From a phage: 64,000 nt of DNA. The stretch lies in the sequence record PX393108.1. One strand, given 5' to 3'. The position numbers were made by a program, and so were the translations under genes. Below, piece after piece: positions 36,163 to 46,248 of this stretch. Position 1 is the first letter of the stretch, and the number at the start of each line of letters is the position of its first letter. The notes under the pieces were generated by a model. The model searched no databases. It had not been told where the DNA came from and worked only from the letters and a program-made list of their open reading frames with translations.

Positions 36163-36525
36163 TTAAAAGAATTTAAATTTTTTCTTTGACCTTTTATTAA
36201 ATGCATCTTGTAGTTGCATTGTAATACATTTTTCTACATGAGGAGCTAACTCAGCTTTTCTTTCTTGGTCAAGAACAGCAAAGTCCATTACGACTTTTCC
36301 ATCAACCCAATCTAATTTTGTCACATACACAATGTGTGTAGAACCGTCTTCTAGTTTAATGACAATCTCCTGGATAACATTTTCCATGGCAGATTTAATT
36401 ATCTTAAGAGATTCATTAAAAAGACGTTCTTTTCTTTCTTCTTCCCCCTCCGAAGAGGGGGATTCATCGATAATTTCTAGATCTAAATCTAAATCATCTT
36501 TATTCATTAAATTCTTCCATATCAC
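36163..36525 (-). CDS. 40: gp40-like protein
   Basis: Small ORF between 41 and uvsX; start uncertain (overlaps uvsX 3' end). Confidence 0.55.
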   Translation of the reverse strand: MIWKNLMNKDDLDLDLEIIDESPSSEGEEERKERLFNESLKIIKSAMENVIQEIVIKLEDGSTHIVYVTKLDWVDGKVVMDFAVLDQERKAELAPHVEKCITMQLQDAFNKRSKKKFKFF

Positions 36526-37681
36526 TTAACTGATCTAGGTCAGTTTCTAAATCAGCTGCTGATTTACTTTTACTTTCTGGAGATTTAAATTTTTCAACCT
36601 TTGAGTTAATCAATTCATCAACTTCAGCTTCAACAATTTCATTACTATCAATAGCACCTAACTGATAAGCGCGTTTAATAGCATCTCGGAATGGTTGATG
36701 CTTAAATAAAGGACCCCAGAATGTAGTACAGTTGGTATCTTTTGCGCGCCAAGATTTTTCTTCGCGAATCATCTCGCCGGTTTCTTCATCAAGAAATTCA
36801 CGAGCATACCAGCCATTTTTAGGTTTTACTACAAATCCTAATTCAAGAGCCATATCTAACAATCCAGAATAAGGATCGATGCCACCGTCAAATTTAACAT
36901 CAATAAAGAATTTACTTTTTTCTTTAACTGTACGAGATTTTTCTACATTTAGAACAAATTGATACCCCTGAAGATCAGAACCATCTTTAATCTGGCGCTT
37001 ACCGATAATGAATACAGTATCAGCCGAATACATTACGCCTGTACCACCTGTCATCACGGTTTTACTAAACATTTCAATTGTTTCAATTGTATGGTTAACC
37101 GCAACGCACGGAATGTTTTTAATACTAAAATAAGGAGTAACAATACGGAATAATGACTTCAGTGATTTAGCACGAGTCATATCTGCCACAGATTTTTCAT
37201 TCAAGGCATCTTCCGTTTCTTTCTTAGAAGCCATATTACCGATTGAGTCGATGAATACAATAACTTTTTCACCGCGCTCAATAGCTTCAAGCTGATTCAC
37301 CATATCAATTTTCAGTTGTTCAACTGACTGGATTGGTGTATGAATTACACGTTCCGGGTCAACTCCCATGGATCGCAAATAAGCTGGAGTAATACCAAAT
37401 TCGCTATCATAGAATAAACAAACCGCATCAGGATATTTGTTCAAATACGCCGCAACCATAGTCAAAGACATATTTGATTTAAAGTGTTTAGAAGGACCTG
37501 CAAAAATGGTTAAACCAGACTGCATACCACCATCAATCGCGCCGGAAATAGCGATATTGAGCATTGGAATTTTTGTACGGATTACATCCTTTTCATTAAA
37601 GAATTTAGATGTAGTCAGTTCAGCAGTCATTTTAGAAGTGGAAGCTTTAATCAAACGGGATTTTAAATCTGCAATAGACAT
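36500..37681 (-). CDS. uvsX: Recombinase UvsX (RecA-like)
   Basis: 393 aa; Walker A GPSKHFKS; matches T4 UvsX. Confidence 0.95.
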   Translation of the reverse strand: MSIADLKSRLIKASTSKMTAELTTSKFFNEKDVIRTKIPMLNIAISGAIDGGMQSGLTIFAGPSKHFKSNMSLTMVAAYLNKYPDAVCLFYDSEFGITPAYLRSMGVDPERVIHTPIQSVEQLKIDMVNQLEAIERGEKVIVFIDSIGNMASKKETEDALNEKSVADMTRAKSLKSLFRIVTPYFSIKNIPCVAVNHTIETIEMFSKTVMTGGTGVMYSADTVFIIGKRQIKDGSDLQGYQFVLNVEKSRTVKEKSKFFIDVKFDGGIDPYSGLLDMALELGFVVKPKNGWYAREFLDEETGEMIREEKSWRAKDTNCTTFWGPLFKHQPFRDAIKRAYQLGAIDSNEIVEAEVDELINSKVEKFKSPESKSKSAADLETDLDQLSDMEEFNE

Positions 37682-37758
37682 TCATTTTTTCCATAGGCAT
37701 CATTATATTTTCCTCACTGGTTAAAGATAGAGTAATTATAACACAATAAATTTAGGCA

Positions 37759-38601
37759 TTAATCAACTGCTATTGGATGAATAGCATTAAACTTATGAAA
37801 CGCTTCTGATTTTTCTTTGCGCGAAACACACATGCGAAGAACCTTTAATGGCTCGTCTTCTTCACCTAATGATTTTCGTTTTTCAATATTAGAAGTTTTC
37901 CAACGAGCTTGCTCTGGAAACTCTCTATTGATTTGCTCAAGAGCTCTATTATGTTTTGAATTACTACGAATTGAACTACATCCGCCTGGAGCTTGTGCTT
38001 TTCCAGATACAACCAGATATTTGAACAAGGCCAAATGCGGATAACCTTGATTAATTAAATTGAGAAATGCATACATATCTTCGCATAAATCAATTTTTCC
38101 ATACCCAATTTGTTCTGTTGTAAGTTTTCCAAGGTCATACCATGTATTCGTGAATCCATATGAATTTTCACGATAATTACCCCAAGATGAAGTAATTTTA
38201 AAAATAGGTAGACGAGCATGACCGTGATAATACCCGCAATCCATGGCATCTTCAACGTATTGAATCAATTCATAGAACTGTTCACGAGTTAACTGATTAA
38301 TTTTATCTACGCAGCGACGATCATCTTTCTTTCGCATTGAACTCATACGAATAGTAGTATCATCGTCAATCATCCAAATTCGTTGACCTGCATACATATC
38401 AGTAATTGCTTTACGAGTACCAGCAATTCCGTTAACATCATCAGGAATAGTTATAATTTTAGCTCTAGACCCGTAAGCGTCATAATAAGCTTTTTCTTCG
38501 TGTTCACGTACTACAATATGAGGTTCATAATCAGATGGAAACATATCAAGGGCAGAAACTGCCCCTACGCGTTGATAGCTTGGAATTACGAATTGAATCA
38601 T
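37759..38601 (-). CDS. Glycosyltransferase at the beta-gt locus, probably beta-glucosyl-HMC-alpha-glucosyltransferase (T2/T6 type)
   Basis: About 280 aa with DxD-like motif (WMIDDDTT); occupies the uvsX-42 interval where T4 has the 351-aa beta-gt; start trimmed to Met overlapping the gene 42 stop (ATGA). Confidence 0.55.
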   Translation of the reverse strand: MIQFVIPSYQRVGAVSALDMFPSDYEPHIVVREHEEKAYYDAYGSRAKIITIPDDVNGIAGTRKAITDMYAGQRIWMIDDDTTIRMSSMRKKDDRRCVDKINQLTREQFYELIQYVEDAMDCGYYHGHARLPIFKITSSWGNYRENSYGFTNTWYDLGKLTTEQIGYGKIDLCEDMYAFLNLINQGYPHLALFKYLVVSGKAQAPGGCSSIRSNSKHNRALEQINREFPEQARWKTSNIEKRKSLGEEDEPLKVLRMCVSRKEKSEAFHKFNAIHPIAVD

Positions 38602-39338
38602 TTCCACTCACCGTTATAATCTTTTTTCGCAATATGGGTTTCGCCAGTTTTCCACCAATGGTCAACCAAATAAAAATGACGGGAATACACATGAAGGCTC
38701 CCGACATTCCATATAATGGAACCTGCTTTATACTGACGAGTTGAATCACCTGCATTCAAATCAGATACTAATTTATCTAGTACGTATTTTTGCCATGCAT
38801 AATCATTACGGAATCCGAAGACCACGTCATTTGAACGCATGTTAACCACTGCATTAATTTTCTTATCACGAATCAGGTACTGTACTGTATTAGTACACAT
38901 GAAATCTGACATGCCATCTTTATTGTAGTCAAATTGCATGGATGGACGAGTATAAATCATGATACCACGTCGAGAATCAGGATTTTGACCAAGTTCAGCT
39001 AAACACATATCATACTGGGCATAGTTATCTTCTGACCAGATGGCCCAACCATAATTCGAGTTAATTTCGCCTTTAGAAGATGCTACCTGCTGCCAAATCT
39101 TTGGTGTTTCACCTGGAATATCTTTAACAAACAGACTTTGAGACTTATACCATTCAAGTTCACGCTGAATGTATTCATCATTAAGAGCGCCAAAAATAAA
39201 AGGTTCATCTGCTACAAATGATGCACCAATAATTTCAATAGTTTTAACACCGGTTTTATCAATTACGAAATCTTTTTCCTTTAATGCAATTCCCAAATGA
39301 AGACGGATTTCTTCAACTGTCATAGAATCATTAATCAT
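38598..39338 (-). CDS. 42: dCMP hydroxymethylase gp42
   Basis: 246 aa; thymidylate-synthase-like fold; near-identical to T4 gp42 as I recall it. Confidence 0.95.
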   Translation of the reverse strand: MINDSMTVEEIRLHLGIALKEKDFVIDKTGVKTIEIIGASFVADEPFIFGALNDEYIQRELEWYKSQSLFVKDIPGETPKIWQQVASSKGEINSNYGWAIWSEDNYAQYDMCLAELGQNPDSRRGIMIYTRPSMQFDYNKDGMSDFMCTNTVQYLIRDKKINAVVNMRSNDVVFGFRNDYAWQKYVLDKLVSDLNAGDSTRQYKAGSIIWNVGSLHVYSRHFYLVDHWWKTGETHIAKKDYNGEWK

Positions 39339-39491
39339 TTAAACCTCAATTGATACATTCATATTTAACTTGTAACAGTAATAAACTCCACCCTATAATA
39401 AGCGTTGGAATCATACAAGGAACTGCTACGCTATAGTATATACTTATTATAATCATCAAGATTAAAAGCAATACTGCTAAAATTTTGCTTT

Positions 39492-39743
39492 TCATTCCTT
39501 CTCTCTGATGATAATTACTTGATTTTGCTGTACAGATTTTTTAGTTTCACCCGCAATTGACCAAATAAAGGTAATAAACCAACCAATAATTGACCAGTTA
39601 AACAGTAAAGATGTGAAAAAGATTCCTACTGTCGATTTTGACCCACGCATCAAGGCGATGAACCATGGAAGCATGTATATAATAATAGCCAACATGCCTG
39701 AAACTAAAACCATAAAAATTGAACCTGCTACTAAAGTTTCCAT
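39492..39743 (-). CDS. imm: Immunity protein Imm (superinfection exclusion), inner-membrane
   Basis: 83 aa with two hydrophobic helices; T4 imm size and position beside gene 43. Confidence 0.8.
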   Translation of the reverse strand: METLVAGSIFMVLVSGMLAIIIYMLPWFIALMRGSKSTVGIFFTSLLFNWSIIGWFITFIWSIAGETKKSVQQNQVIIIREKE

Positions 39744-39750
39744 ATTTTCC

Positions 39751-40131
39751 TCACTTAGTCAAATTTTTTACACATGAATTATAAGAATTCACTACATACT
39801 CCATCGGAGCATTTTTACCTGTACGCCATTGGTAATTATTAGCCCAATTAGCCCAAAGCTCAGCGCAGTAGTTTTCAATTTTTTCTTCACGCGTAATTAC
39901 ATCTGAATTACGATATGCTTGCGCAGATTCATCTGGACGAATAGCTTCGTCAAAATTCGCCTGCATCTGTTCTACTGTCTGTTTTGGAGCCTCTTTATAG
40001 CACTTGACGTTAGGATTATAAAATTTGCTTGAACAGTTTACAATTTTTCCTACATCAGATTGATTTACTACCGGTCCTTGAGCTACACAGCCAGTAAGAC
40101 CTAATGCAATAACCAAAATAGCGATTTTCAT
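39751..40131 (-). CDS. Putative lipoprotein (126 aa)
   Basis: N-terminus MKIAILVIALGLTGC (signal peptide + lipobox LTGC); several Cys. Confidence 0.55.
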   Translation of the reverse strand: MKIAILVIALGLTGCVAQGPVVNQSDVGKIVNCSSKFYNPNVKCYKEAPKQTVEQMQANFDEAIRPDESAQAYRNSDVITREEKIENYCAELWANWANNYQWRTGKNAPMEYVVNSYNSCVKNLTK

Positions 40132-40141
40132 AACAATTTCC

Positions 40142-40378
40142 TCAAATACAAGTAGTAATTACTCCAGTAGTGCTTACACAGGTATTACCTAATTGAACAC
40201 CCAACGTTCCATTAGTATTCATATGAAGATTATCATCAATTTTTGTTGATACTTTACCATTCATGTGAATAATAGTATTAGATTCAATCACATTCTGAGT
40301 GTCATTTTCAATATCAATAAATGGAACAGCTGCTAATGCAACTAAACACACTGCTAAACAACCATAAACAATTTTCAT
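40142..40378 (-). CDS. Small secreted protein (about 78 aa)
   Basis: ORF-track frame runs upstream through the early promoter; real start taken at MKIVYGCLAVCLVALAAV (signal peptide); exact start coordinate uncertain by 1-2 nt. Confidence 0.45.
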   Translation of the reverse strand: MKIVYGCLAVCLVALAAVPFIDIENDTQNVIESNTIIHMNGKVSTKIDDNLHMNTNGTLGVQLGNTCVSTTGVITTCI

Positions 40379-40399
40379 TTTATTCTCCAAATCCGTATC

Positions 40400-40450
40400 A
40401 GTTGATAGTTGTATAGTACCATGGAAGAACAGGGATGTAAATAGTTTTGT
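40400..40450 (-). promoter_or_regulatory. T4-type early promoter (-35 TTTACA, 17 nt, -10 TACTAT) with conserved leader
   Basis: Minus strand CACAAAACTATTTACATCCCTGTTCTTCCATGGTACTATACAACTATCAACTGATACGGATTTGGAG. Confidence 0.55.
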
Positions 40451-40524
40451 GAAAAAATTTTTAATGAATTTAAAGGACCTAGAATCATCTATTTTTCCTA
40501 AGTATAGATTTATATTACTTGTAT

Positions 40525-40546
40525 GAAAAAGGGACCCGGAGGTCCC
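40525..40546 (-). terminator. Rho-independent terminator after gene 43 (GGGACC-UCCG-GGUCCC + U-run)
   Basis: GGGACCCGGAGGTCCC followed on the minus strand by TTTTTCATAC. Confidence 0.6.
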
Positions 40547-40559
40547 TAGATTTATTCTA

Positions 40560-43256
40560 TCAGCCAAACAGGAAGTCTAACGAAGCTTTTTCTTCATAGT
40601 CCATACCCGCCGATTCACACATACCCGCAAGCGGTTTAACAAACGATTTTTGGAACAAAGTTGAGTAGTCAATCCAAGATAGTACATCAGAACGAATTTC
40701 TTTTGGAAGTTCCGTACCCGATGGCCAAGCAATGCACTTGTCACCAAATGGATTTCCCTCACGTAACGGAAGAACCATTACCTTATTTCCATCCAAAATT
40801 GGAGCTACACCTAAACCGCTAACAGCTCGACGATAAGTTAGCACCCCACGAATATGGAACGGGCATTTAAACCCTGGCCAACCTTTATCGTCATATTTCG
40901 CTATATCGTTCGCGGTTTTTACTTCAGCAATAACTTTATAGTCAAGTTGACGGTATTCTTTCTCAAAGTTCTTATAGTATTCTTGGACAGACTCTTCGCC
41001 TTCCTGAAGAATACGACGAATACTTTCTTCGAGAGCTTCTTGTACTGCTTTTGGCGTTGAACTCTGCTGAGTTTCCATACCCATGATTTTTAGATGTGGT
41101 TCAGCAAATCGCTTATCTTCCATATCATAAACGTTCAGAGCATAACGTTTTTTCGCTTTCCAAAATCCACCAACACCCTTTGAACCAAGTGGAGGGCAAG
41201 AAATAGCTTCACGGTCCATATGCATCAGATGCTCGCGGTTATTCATATAATCACATAACTCACGATATGCAACATCAATCATAGGTTCCATCTTTTTCTT
41301 ACCAAACTGATTCATGAATTCAACTAAATCATTTTGTTCTTTAAAGCGGTCAAGACCTACTTTTTCAATTACTTTATCTACACAAACATATACCGAATCA
41401 GTATCACCCGCGGCGATGAAATCTTCACCATCAGTTCCACATACTTTATTCAGATATTCATTAATTTTACGAGCAATCCACTGAATACCAACTTGACCAA
41501 AAATTGTGATAGCAGTAGCATTTCGCAAATCATAGTAACGGAAATGAATATTACCAAGAGCACCATAAAGACTGTTAATAAGAATTTTACGGTTCAGCTG
41601 ATTTGTGTTAGCAAGTGTAGCTGCTTTTTCACATTCTTCGATCAGACTATTAAGAACAGATTCGGTGTAATTCGATAATTCGTTTAAGAAATCATCACTG
41701 AACTTAACATATCGTTCAACTTCTGGTTTAGTTGAACAAGACCCTGCACCTTTCATAATAATCTTTTTAATAGCTTCGGCATTCATTTCTTCAGCGAACA
41801 TTTTCTTTTTCCAATCTTTACGCTGGAAAAATACTTTAGCGATTTCCTTTGGAATGATACCTTCTTGGTGCTTATCATACATCCATCCATTCGGAGAGCA
41901 AGAATATTCATCACTTGGCTTAGGAGCTGTTCCTGCGATATATTCATGAATTGGATGAACTTTAAATTGTCCACGAATAGTCTCAGGACTAATGTTAACC
42001 TGACGAATAATGCTAGGATACAGAGACGTCAAGTCAAAACTCATAATGTATCGACGAGCAATCGGTTTAGGTTCAAATACAAATGCACCTGGAAAACTCT
42101 GTTTAACGTGCGAACCTTGTTGAGGAATAACCTTATGTTCACCTTTCAGTGAGTTAAAAATAATAGCGTCCCAAGTTTTAATAGGACTCATTACACCAGA
42201 AAAAGGCATTTTAGCGTAATAAGACATACTTAAAACTAGATCGATAAACCCACGAATTTTATCAATTGCTTGAACTGATTCTACGTCAATGATGTTATAA
42301 CTAATGTATCGTTGATGATTAGTCTCACGAAGTTTATTAATAGGACCATCGTACGGCAATTTACCTTTTTTGGTTTCGTGCTGAGCAACTGATTCCAAAG
42401 AGAATGATGGCAAATTAGTAAATGCGAATTTCTTGTATAAATCTAAATAATCAAGAATAGATACGCCATCAATAGAATAAATTTCTTTGCTACCGTACAT
42501 ATTTTGAATTAGTTTAGATTTTACTCGACCGATTGGGGAGAAGCGTTTCATACTGCGTTCACCGAGAACCATTTTAACGCGATTCATGATATACGGAACG
42601 TCAAATCCCTCAATATTCCAACCGGTAAAAATAGCAGGTCGTTTCTGTTCCCAGAGATTAATATATTCCATGAGCATATCACGCTCATTATCGAATGGCA
42701 TATAAATTACTCGGTCAAGAATTTCTTGAGGAACTTCATCACCACCTTCACAGTCAAGCTTAGCAGCTAACTTTGCATCCCATTTTGATACTGAACCGTA
42801 CATTGAATTCAACAAATCAAAGACGTAAAAACGGTCGTCAATTGAATCATAATGAGTGATAGCATCAATTTCATATTCTGCTTTCATTGGGTCAGGAAAT
42901 TTATCACCAGTAACCTCAATGTCACAGTTAGCTACACGAACAAATTTTCGGTCATAAACAATTTCTGAACCATATGTATCACTGATATAAGCGAGTTTAA
43001 AATCGTTCATACCGAGAGCTTCGAGACCGATGTCTTCCATTCGTTTCATCCAATCTCGTGCATCTTTCATTGATGGAAATTTTTGAGGAGCGCAATTTTT
43101 ACCGTAAATGTCTTTGTACTTTGACTCTTCCTTACAATGCCTAAACATAGTCGGAAGATATTCTACTTCACGAGTACGTTCCTTTCCGTTTTCATCAATA
43201 TAACGCTCAACAATATTATTTCCGACTGTTTCGATAGAGATATAAAATTCTTTCAT
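40560..43256 (-). CDS. 43: DNA polymerase gp43 (family B)
   Basis: 898 aa; exonuclease and polymerase motifs (…YGDTDS…); matches T4 gp43 length. Confidence 0.97.
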   Translation of the reverse strand: MKEFYISIETVGNNIVERYIDENGKERTREVEYLPTMFRHCKEESKYKDIYGKNCAPQKFPSMKDARDWMKRMEDIGLEALGMNDFKLAYISDTYGSEIVYDRKFVRVANCDIEVTGDKFPDPMKAEYEIDAITHYDSIDDRFYVFDLLNSMYGSVSKWDAKLAAKLDCEGGDEVPQEILDRVIYMPFDNERDMLMEYINLWEQKRPAIFTGWNIEGFDVPYIMNRVKMVLGERSMKRFSPIGRVKSKLIQNMYGSKEIYSIDGVSILDYLDLYKKFAFTNLPSFSLESVAQHETKKGKLPYDGPINKLRETNHQRYISYNIIDVESVQAIDKIRGFIDLVLSMSYYAKMPFSGVMSPIKTWDAIIFNSLKGEHKVIPQQGSHVKQSFPGAFVFEPKPIARRYIMSFDLTSLYPSIIRQVNISPETIRGQFKVHPIHEYIAGTAPKPSDEYSCSPNGWMYDKHQEGIIPKEIAKVFFQRKDWKKKMFAEEMNAEAIKKIIMKGAGSCSTKPEVERYVKFSDDFLNELSNYTESVLNSLIEECEKAATLANTNQLNRKILINSLYGALGNIHFRYYDLRNATAITIFGQVGIQWIARKINEYLNKVCGTDGEDFIAAGDTDSVYVCVDKVIEKVGLDRFKEQNDLVEFMNQFGKKKMEPMIDVAYRELCDYMNNREHLMHMDREAISCPPLGSKGVGGFWKAKKRYALNVYDMEDKRFAEPHLKIMGMETQQSSTPKAVQEALEESIRRILQEGEESVQEYYKNFEKEYRQLDYKVIAEVKTANDIAKYDDKGWPGFKCPFHIRGVLTYRRAVSGLGVAPILDGNKVMVLPLREGNPFGDKCIAWPSGTELPKEIRSDVLSWIDYSTLFQKSFVKPLAGMCESAGMDYEEKASLDFLFG

Positions 43257-43334
43257 AGATATTCCTTAGTTTATAGCCCGAGTTATTAGGCTCTTGATAT
43301 ATTATACTCCAAATAAGGGGCCGAAGCCCCTTGC

Positions 43335-43556
43335 TTAAATTAATACCATTTGTCGGTGAAAAATTGTCAATCCATCTGCATTAATTGACTTAACCACTGC
43401 GGTAAAGTGTTTTTGTTCTGGGTGAACTAATTTTTGAAATTCTACCTGAAATTTTAGTTGGAGATTTTCTGGTAAATCAAAAAGTGTTTCTGTTGCAGAA
43501 AGATTATATTTTTCTTTAAGAGACGCCATGTATTCTTGCGGGGTTATAGCAGTCAT
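43335..43556 (-). CDS. Hypothetical protein (73 aa) between regA and gene 43
   Basis: ORF trimmed to the Met right after the regA stop; ends in a GGGGC-CGAA-GCCCC hairpin. Confidence 0.45.
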   Translation of the reverse strand: MTAITPQEYMASLKEKYNLSATETLFDLPENLQLKFQVEFQKLVHPEQKHFTAVVKSINADGLTIFHRQMVLI

Positions 43557-43557
43557 A

Positions 43558-43926
43558 TTAATTACCAATCGTATATTTAGGAACGAGTTTCCATTCATGT
43601 TTTTGTTTAAAAGAAATAACTCGGAAGTTATTGGTTAAATCTTTCATAAAAGTTCTTTGACCAGGAACGATTTCAATCAGTCCCCAATCTTCTAACAACC
43701 ATGCAATCGAATCACGACGAACTTCATCTTCTTCTGTCATTTCAACCTGACGGCCATCCATACGAAGCATTTCTTTAAAATGAACGATATAGTATAGTCC
43801 TTTTTTCTGAAGAATGTGGCAGGACTGATACAGAACTTTATCTTTATTATTAGCAATTCCCATGCGAGTCAAAGTTTCTTTTACTTTCAGAAAATCTTCA
43901 GGTTTTTTAAGAGTAATTTCAATCAT
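43558..43926 (-). CDS. regA: Translational repressor RegA
   Basis: 122 aa, MIEITLKKPEDFLKVKETLTRMGIANNKDKVLYQSCHILQKKGLYYIVHFKEM…; matches T4 RegA. Confidence 0.95.
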   Translation of the reverse strand: MIEITLKKPEDFLKVKETLTRMGIANNKDKVLYQSCHILQKKGLYYIVHFKEMLRMDGRQVEMTEEDEVRRDSIAWLLEDWGLIEIVPGQRTFMKDLTNNFRVISFKQKHEWKLVPKYTIGN

Positions 43927-43927
43927 T

Positions 43928-44491
43928 TTACCATTCCAATGCTAGTTTTTTGAGTTGTTTCTGTTCTTTTACGTTCTTAGTCACTTCTTTCAAAAAATCA
44001 TCCGTGACTAAACCTTTTAGTTCTTTTAATACTAAAGGAAGTTTTCCATTTTTAGTAAGAATTGATTTATAGTTAATTGCATCATTTGTATTAACTTGAT
44101 ACCGCTTAGCAAGTAACTTAATAATCAATACTTCGGTAGAATCTTCAACCAGTTTTGCCCATTTACCATATCTTTTACCCCGAGGAACAGCAGCCATCAG
44201 ATAATTAAAATGGGCTTCATCGCTTAAACCTGATCCAATTAAATTCATAGCATATACAGCTGGCATGCACTCAGGAAATTGTGATAATGCATTCTCAACC
44301 ATGTATTTTGAATAATCTTTTTGAGCAATAGAGCATTTAGTTTTATTATTAATAGCTCCAATTATTTCAAAAAATTCATTTTCAGCTTTTTCCTTAAAAG
44401 AATCAGCAGCAGATTGGACAGCTGTCCAATCTTTTGAATACCAAGCAACTTGATGCTCGTTTAATTGAATATCATCTTCAAATAAGCTCAT
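43928..44491 (-). CDS. 62: Clamp-loader subunit gp62
   Basis: 187 aa; position between regA and 44. Confidence 0.9.
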   Translation of the reverse strand: MSLFEDDIQLNEHQVAWYSKDWTAVQSAADSFKEKAENEFFEIIGAINNKTKCSIAQKDYSKYMVENALSQFPECMPAVYAMNLIGSGLSDEAHFNYLMAAVPRGKRYGKWAKLVEDSTEVLIIKLLAKRYQVNTNDAINYKSILTKNGKLPLVLKELKGLVTDDFLKEVTKNVKEQKQLKKLALEW

Positions 44492-44492
44492 A

Positions 44493-45467
44493 TCACTTCC
44501 ACTGCATTTCGCATGCCAATTGAATGAAAAGATATGCTAAATGTAATTCCGTATTAGCCGCAATTCCATGATACTGGTTATTTTCACCAACAATTTCATA
44601 CATACGAATAATACTTTGCGGAGTTACGCGTGTATAAATTTCTTCGGCAAGTTTACCAACGAACCACGAATAATCAGCTGCATATTTTGGTGCTAAAGCT
44701 CTGAGCTGTTTAACATCTTTATTTTTGAGAGACTCAAGAACATCATCAATAGCACCACGATCGTTAGTAACCAGTGATAAAATACCAGCATCCAAAACAC
44801 CTTTAGACGAATAACTATCGAGCTCGCCAATAGTTTTACGAAAATCAGGAAAATTCTTTTTAACCAAAGCTGCTACAACTTTCATATCAGCTATAGCAAT
44901 TCCTTCATGCTTACAGATTTCAGTCAATCGACGAATCATCTGCTTCATCATTTCAATTTTATCTTCATCGGTTGGTTGACCGAACGTAATAACTCGGCAG
45001 CGTGACTGAAGCGGTTTAATAATACCATCAATATTGTTAGCAGTAATAATAATACTACAGTTTGAACTATAAGCTTCCATAAAGGAACGAAGATGTCGCT
45101 GAGACTCTGCTAGCCCTGAGCGGTCAAATTCATCAATAACAATTACTTTTTGACGACCATCAAATGAAGCTGCACTAGCAAAATTAGTCAAAGGACCACG
45201 AACGAAATCAATTTTACAATCTGACCCATTCACAAACATCATATCAGCATTTACATCATGACACAATGCTTTCGCTACGGTTGTTTTACCTGTTCCTGGA
45301 GAAGGAGAATGAAGAATAATATGTGGAATTTTACCTTTACTTGTAATAGATTTAAAGGTTTCTTTATCAAAGGCGGGAAGAATACATTCATCGATAGTAG
45401 ATGGACGATATTTCTGTTCAAGAATGTGTTCTTTTTCATTTACAGTAATCATAATTTCCTCATTCAA
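44493..45467 (-). CDS. 44: Clamp-loader ATPase subunit gp44 (AAA+)
   Basis: 324 aa; Walker [11 protein letters not shown]. Confidence 0.95.
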   Translation of the reverse strand: MNEEIMITVNEKEHILEQKYRPSTIDECILPAFDKETFKSITSKGKIPHIILHSPSPGTGKTTVAKALCHDVNADMMFVNGSDCKIDFVRGPLTNFASAASFDGRQKVIVIDEFDRSGLAESQRHLRSFMEAYSSNCSIIITANNIDGIIKPLQSRCRVITFGQPTDEDKIEMMKQMIRRLTEICKHEGIAIADMKVVAALVKKNFPDFRKTIGELDSYSSKGVLDAGILSLVTNDRGAIDDVLESLKNKDVKQLRALAPKYAADYSWFVGKLAEEIYTRVTPQSIIRMYEIVGENNQYHGIAANTELHLAYLFIQLACEMQWK

Positions 45468-45485
45468 GTTTTAGTGTAAATTATA

Positions 45486-45502
45486 AAGGGCCGAAGCCCT
45501 CT
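45486..45502 (-). promoter_or_regulatory. GGGC-CGAA-GCCC hairpin in the 45-44 intergenic region (RNA structure; processing or translational control)
   Basis: AAGGGCCGAAGCCCT directly 3' of the gene 45 stop and 5' of the gene 44 RBS; no U-tract. Confidence 0.4.
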
Positions 45503-45503
45503 A

Positions 45504-46190
45504 TTAAAAATCGTGGGTAGAATCAGCTTCAAGAGCTACTACATAATTCGCGTGTTCACCTTCAAATTTAGCAGCGCCTTGTTTACCTTTTGCCCAGAGC
45601 AGAAGTTTATAATTTCCTGGTTGCATTTTCATATTTGCCATATTGATAATGAAATTAAATGTATTTTCACCATCATAATCACCAAGAGTCAAAGAATATT
45701 TAACACGGGTCAAAGCAGAATCTTCTACTTTATTAAAACCGTTAATTACGATTTTACCTTCTTTTACTGTGATAGCAATTGTATCAATTTGCAGACCACG
45801 AGATACACGCAACAACTGTTGAAGGTCTTCAGCTTTAATTTCAGTAACAACAGATGCTACCGGGAATGGAATTGGTTTATTAGGAGCAACTACTGTACTC
45901 GGATCGGCTGCTGGCCAAAAAATTGTTGAACGGGCATCAGCAATTTTAATATTACCATCTTCTGACTGGGAAATTTCTGCATCATCATTAACGAGAGACA
46001 GAATACCAAGAAAACCGTTCAAATCGTAAATCGCTACATCAAAATCAATAGTGTCAGAAATATTTGCTTCTGCATAAGTTGTACCATTAACCGCGCGAGT
46101 CATAATAAATTGACCAGATTTAAGCATAATACCAGAGTTAATAGTAGCGAAATTTTTGAGCAGAGCAGTAGTATCTTTAGACAGTTTCAT
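45504..46190 (-). CDS. 45: Sliding clamp gp45
   Basis: 228 aa; matches T4 gp45 length and position. Confidence 0.95.
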   Translation of the reverse strand: MKLSKDTTALLKNFATINSGIMLKSGQFIMTRAVNGTTYAEANISDTIDFDVAIYDLNGFLGILSLVNDDAEISQSEDGNIKIADARSTIFWPAADPSTVVAPNKPIPFPVASVVTEIKAEDLQQLLRVSRGLQIDTIAITVKEGKIVINGFNKVEDSALTRVKYSLTLGDYDGENTFNFIINMANMKMQPGNYKLLLWAKGKQGAAKFEGEHANYVVALEADSTHDF

Positions 46191-46219
46191 GTAATTTCCT
46201 TCAATTCAAATGAGATTTA

Positions 46220-46248
46220 ATTTTATAACTAATTTAATAAAGCAATTA
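46220..46248 (-). promoter_or_regulatory. Putative MotA-dependent middle promoter for gene 45 (MotA box ATTGCTTTA about 12 nt upstream of -10 TATAAA)
   Basis: Minus strand ATTGCTTTATTAAATTAGTTATAAAAT; geometry fits the T4 middle-promoter consensus. Confidence 0.4.

Noticed and set aside
45513-45929. 138-aa plus-strand ORF inside gene 45
   Set aside because: Antisense to the sliding-clamp gene; Phe/Cys/Ile-rich composition typical of AT-rich antisense frames
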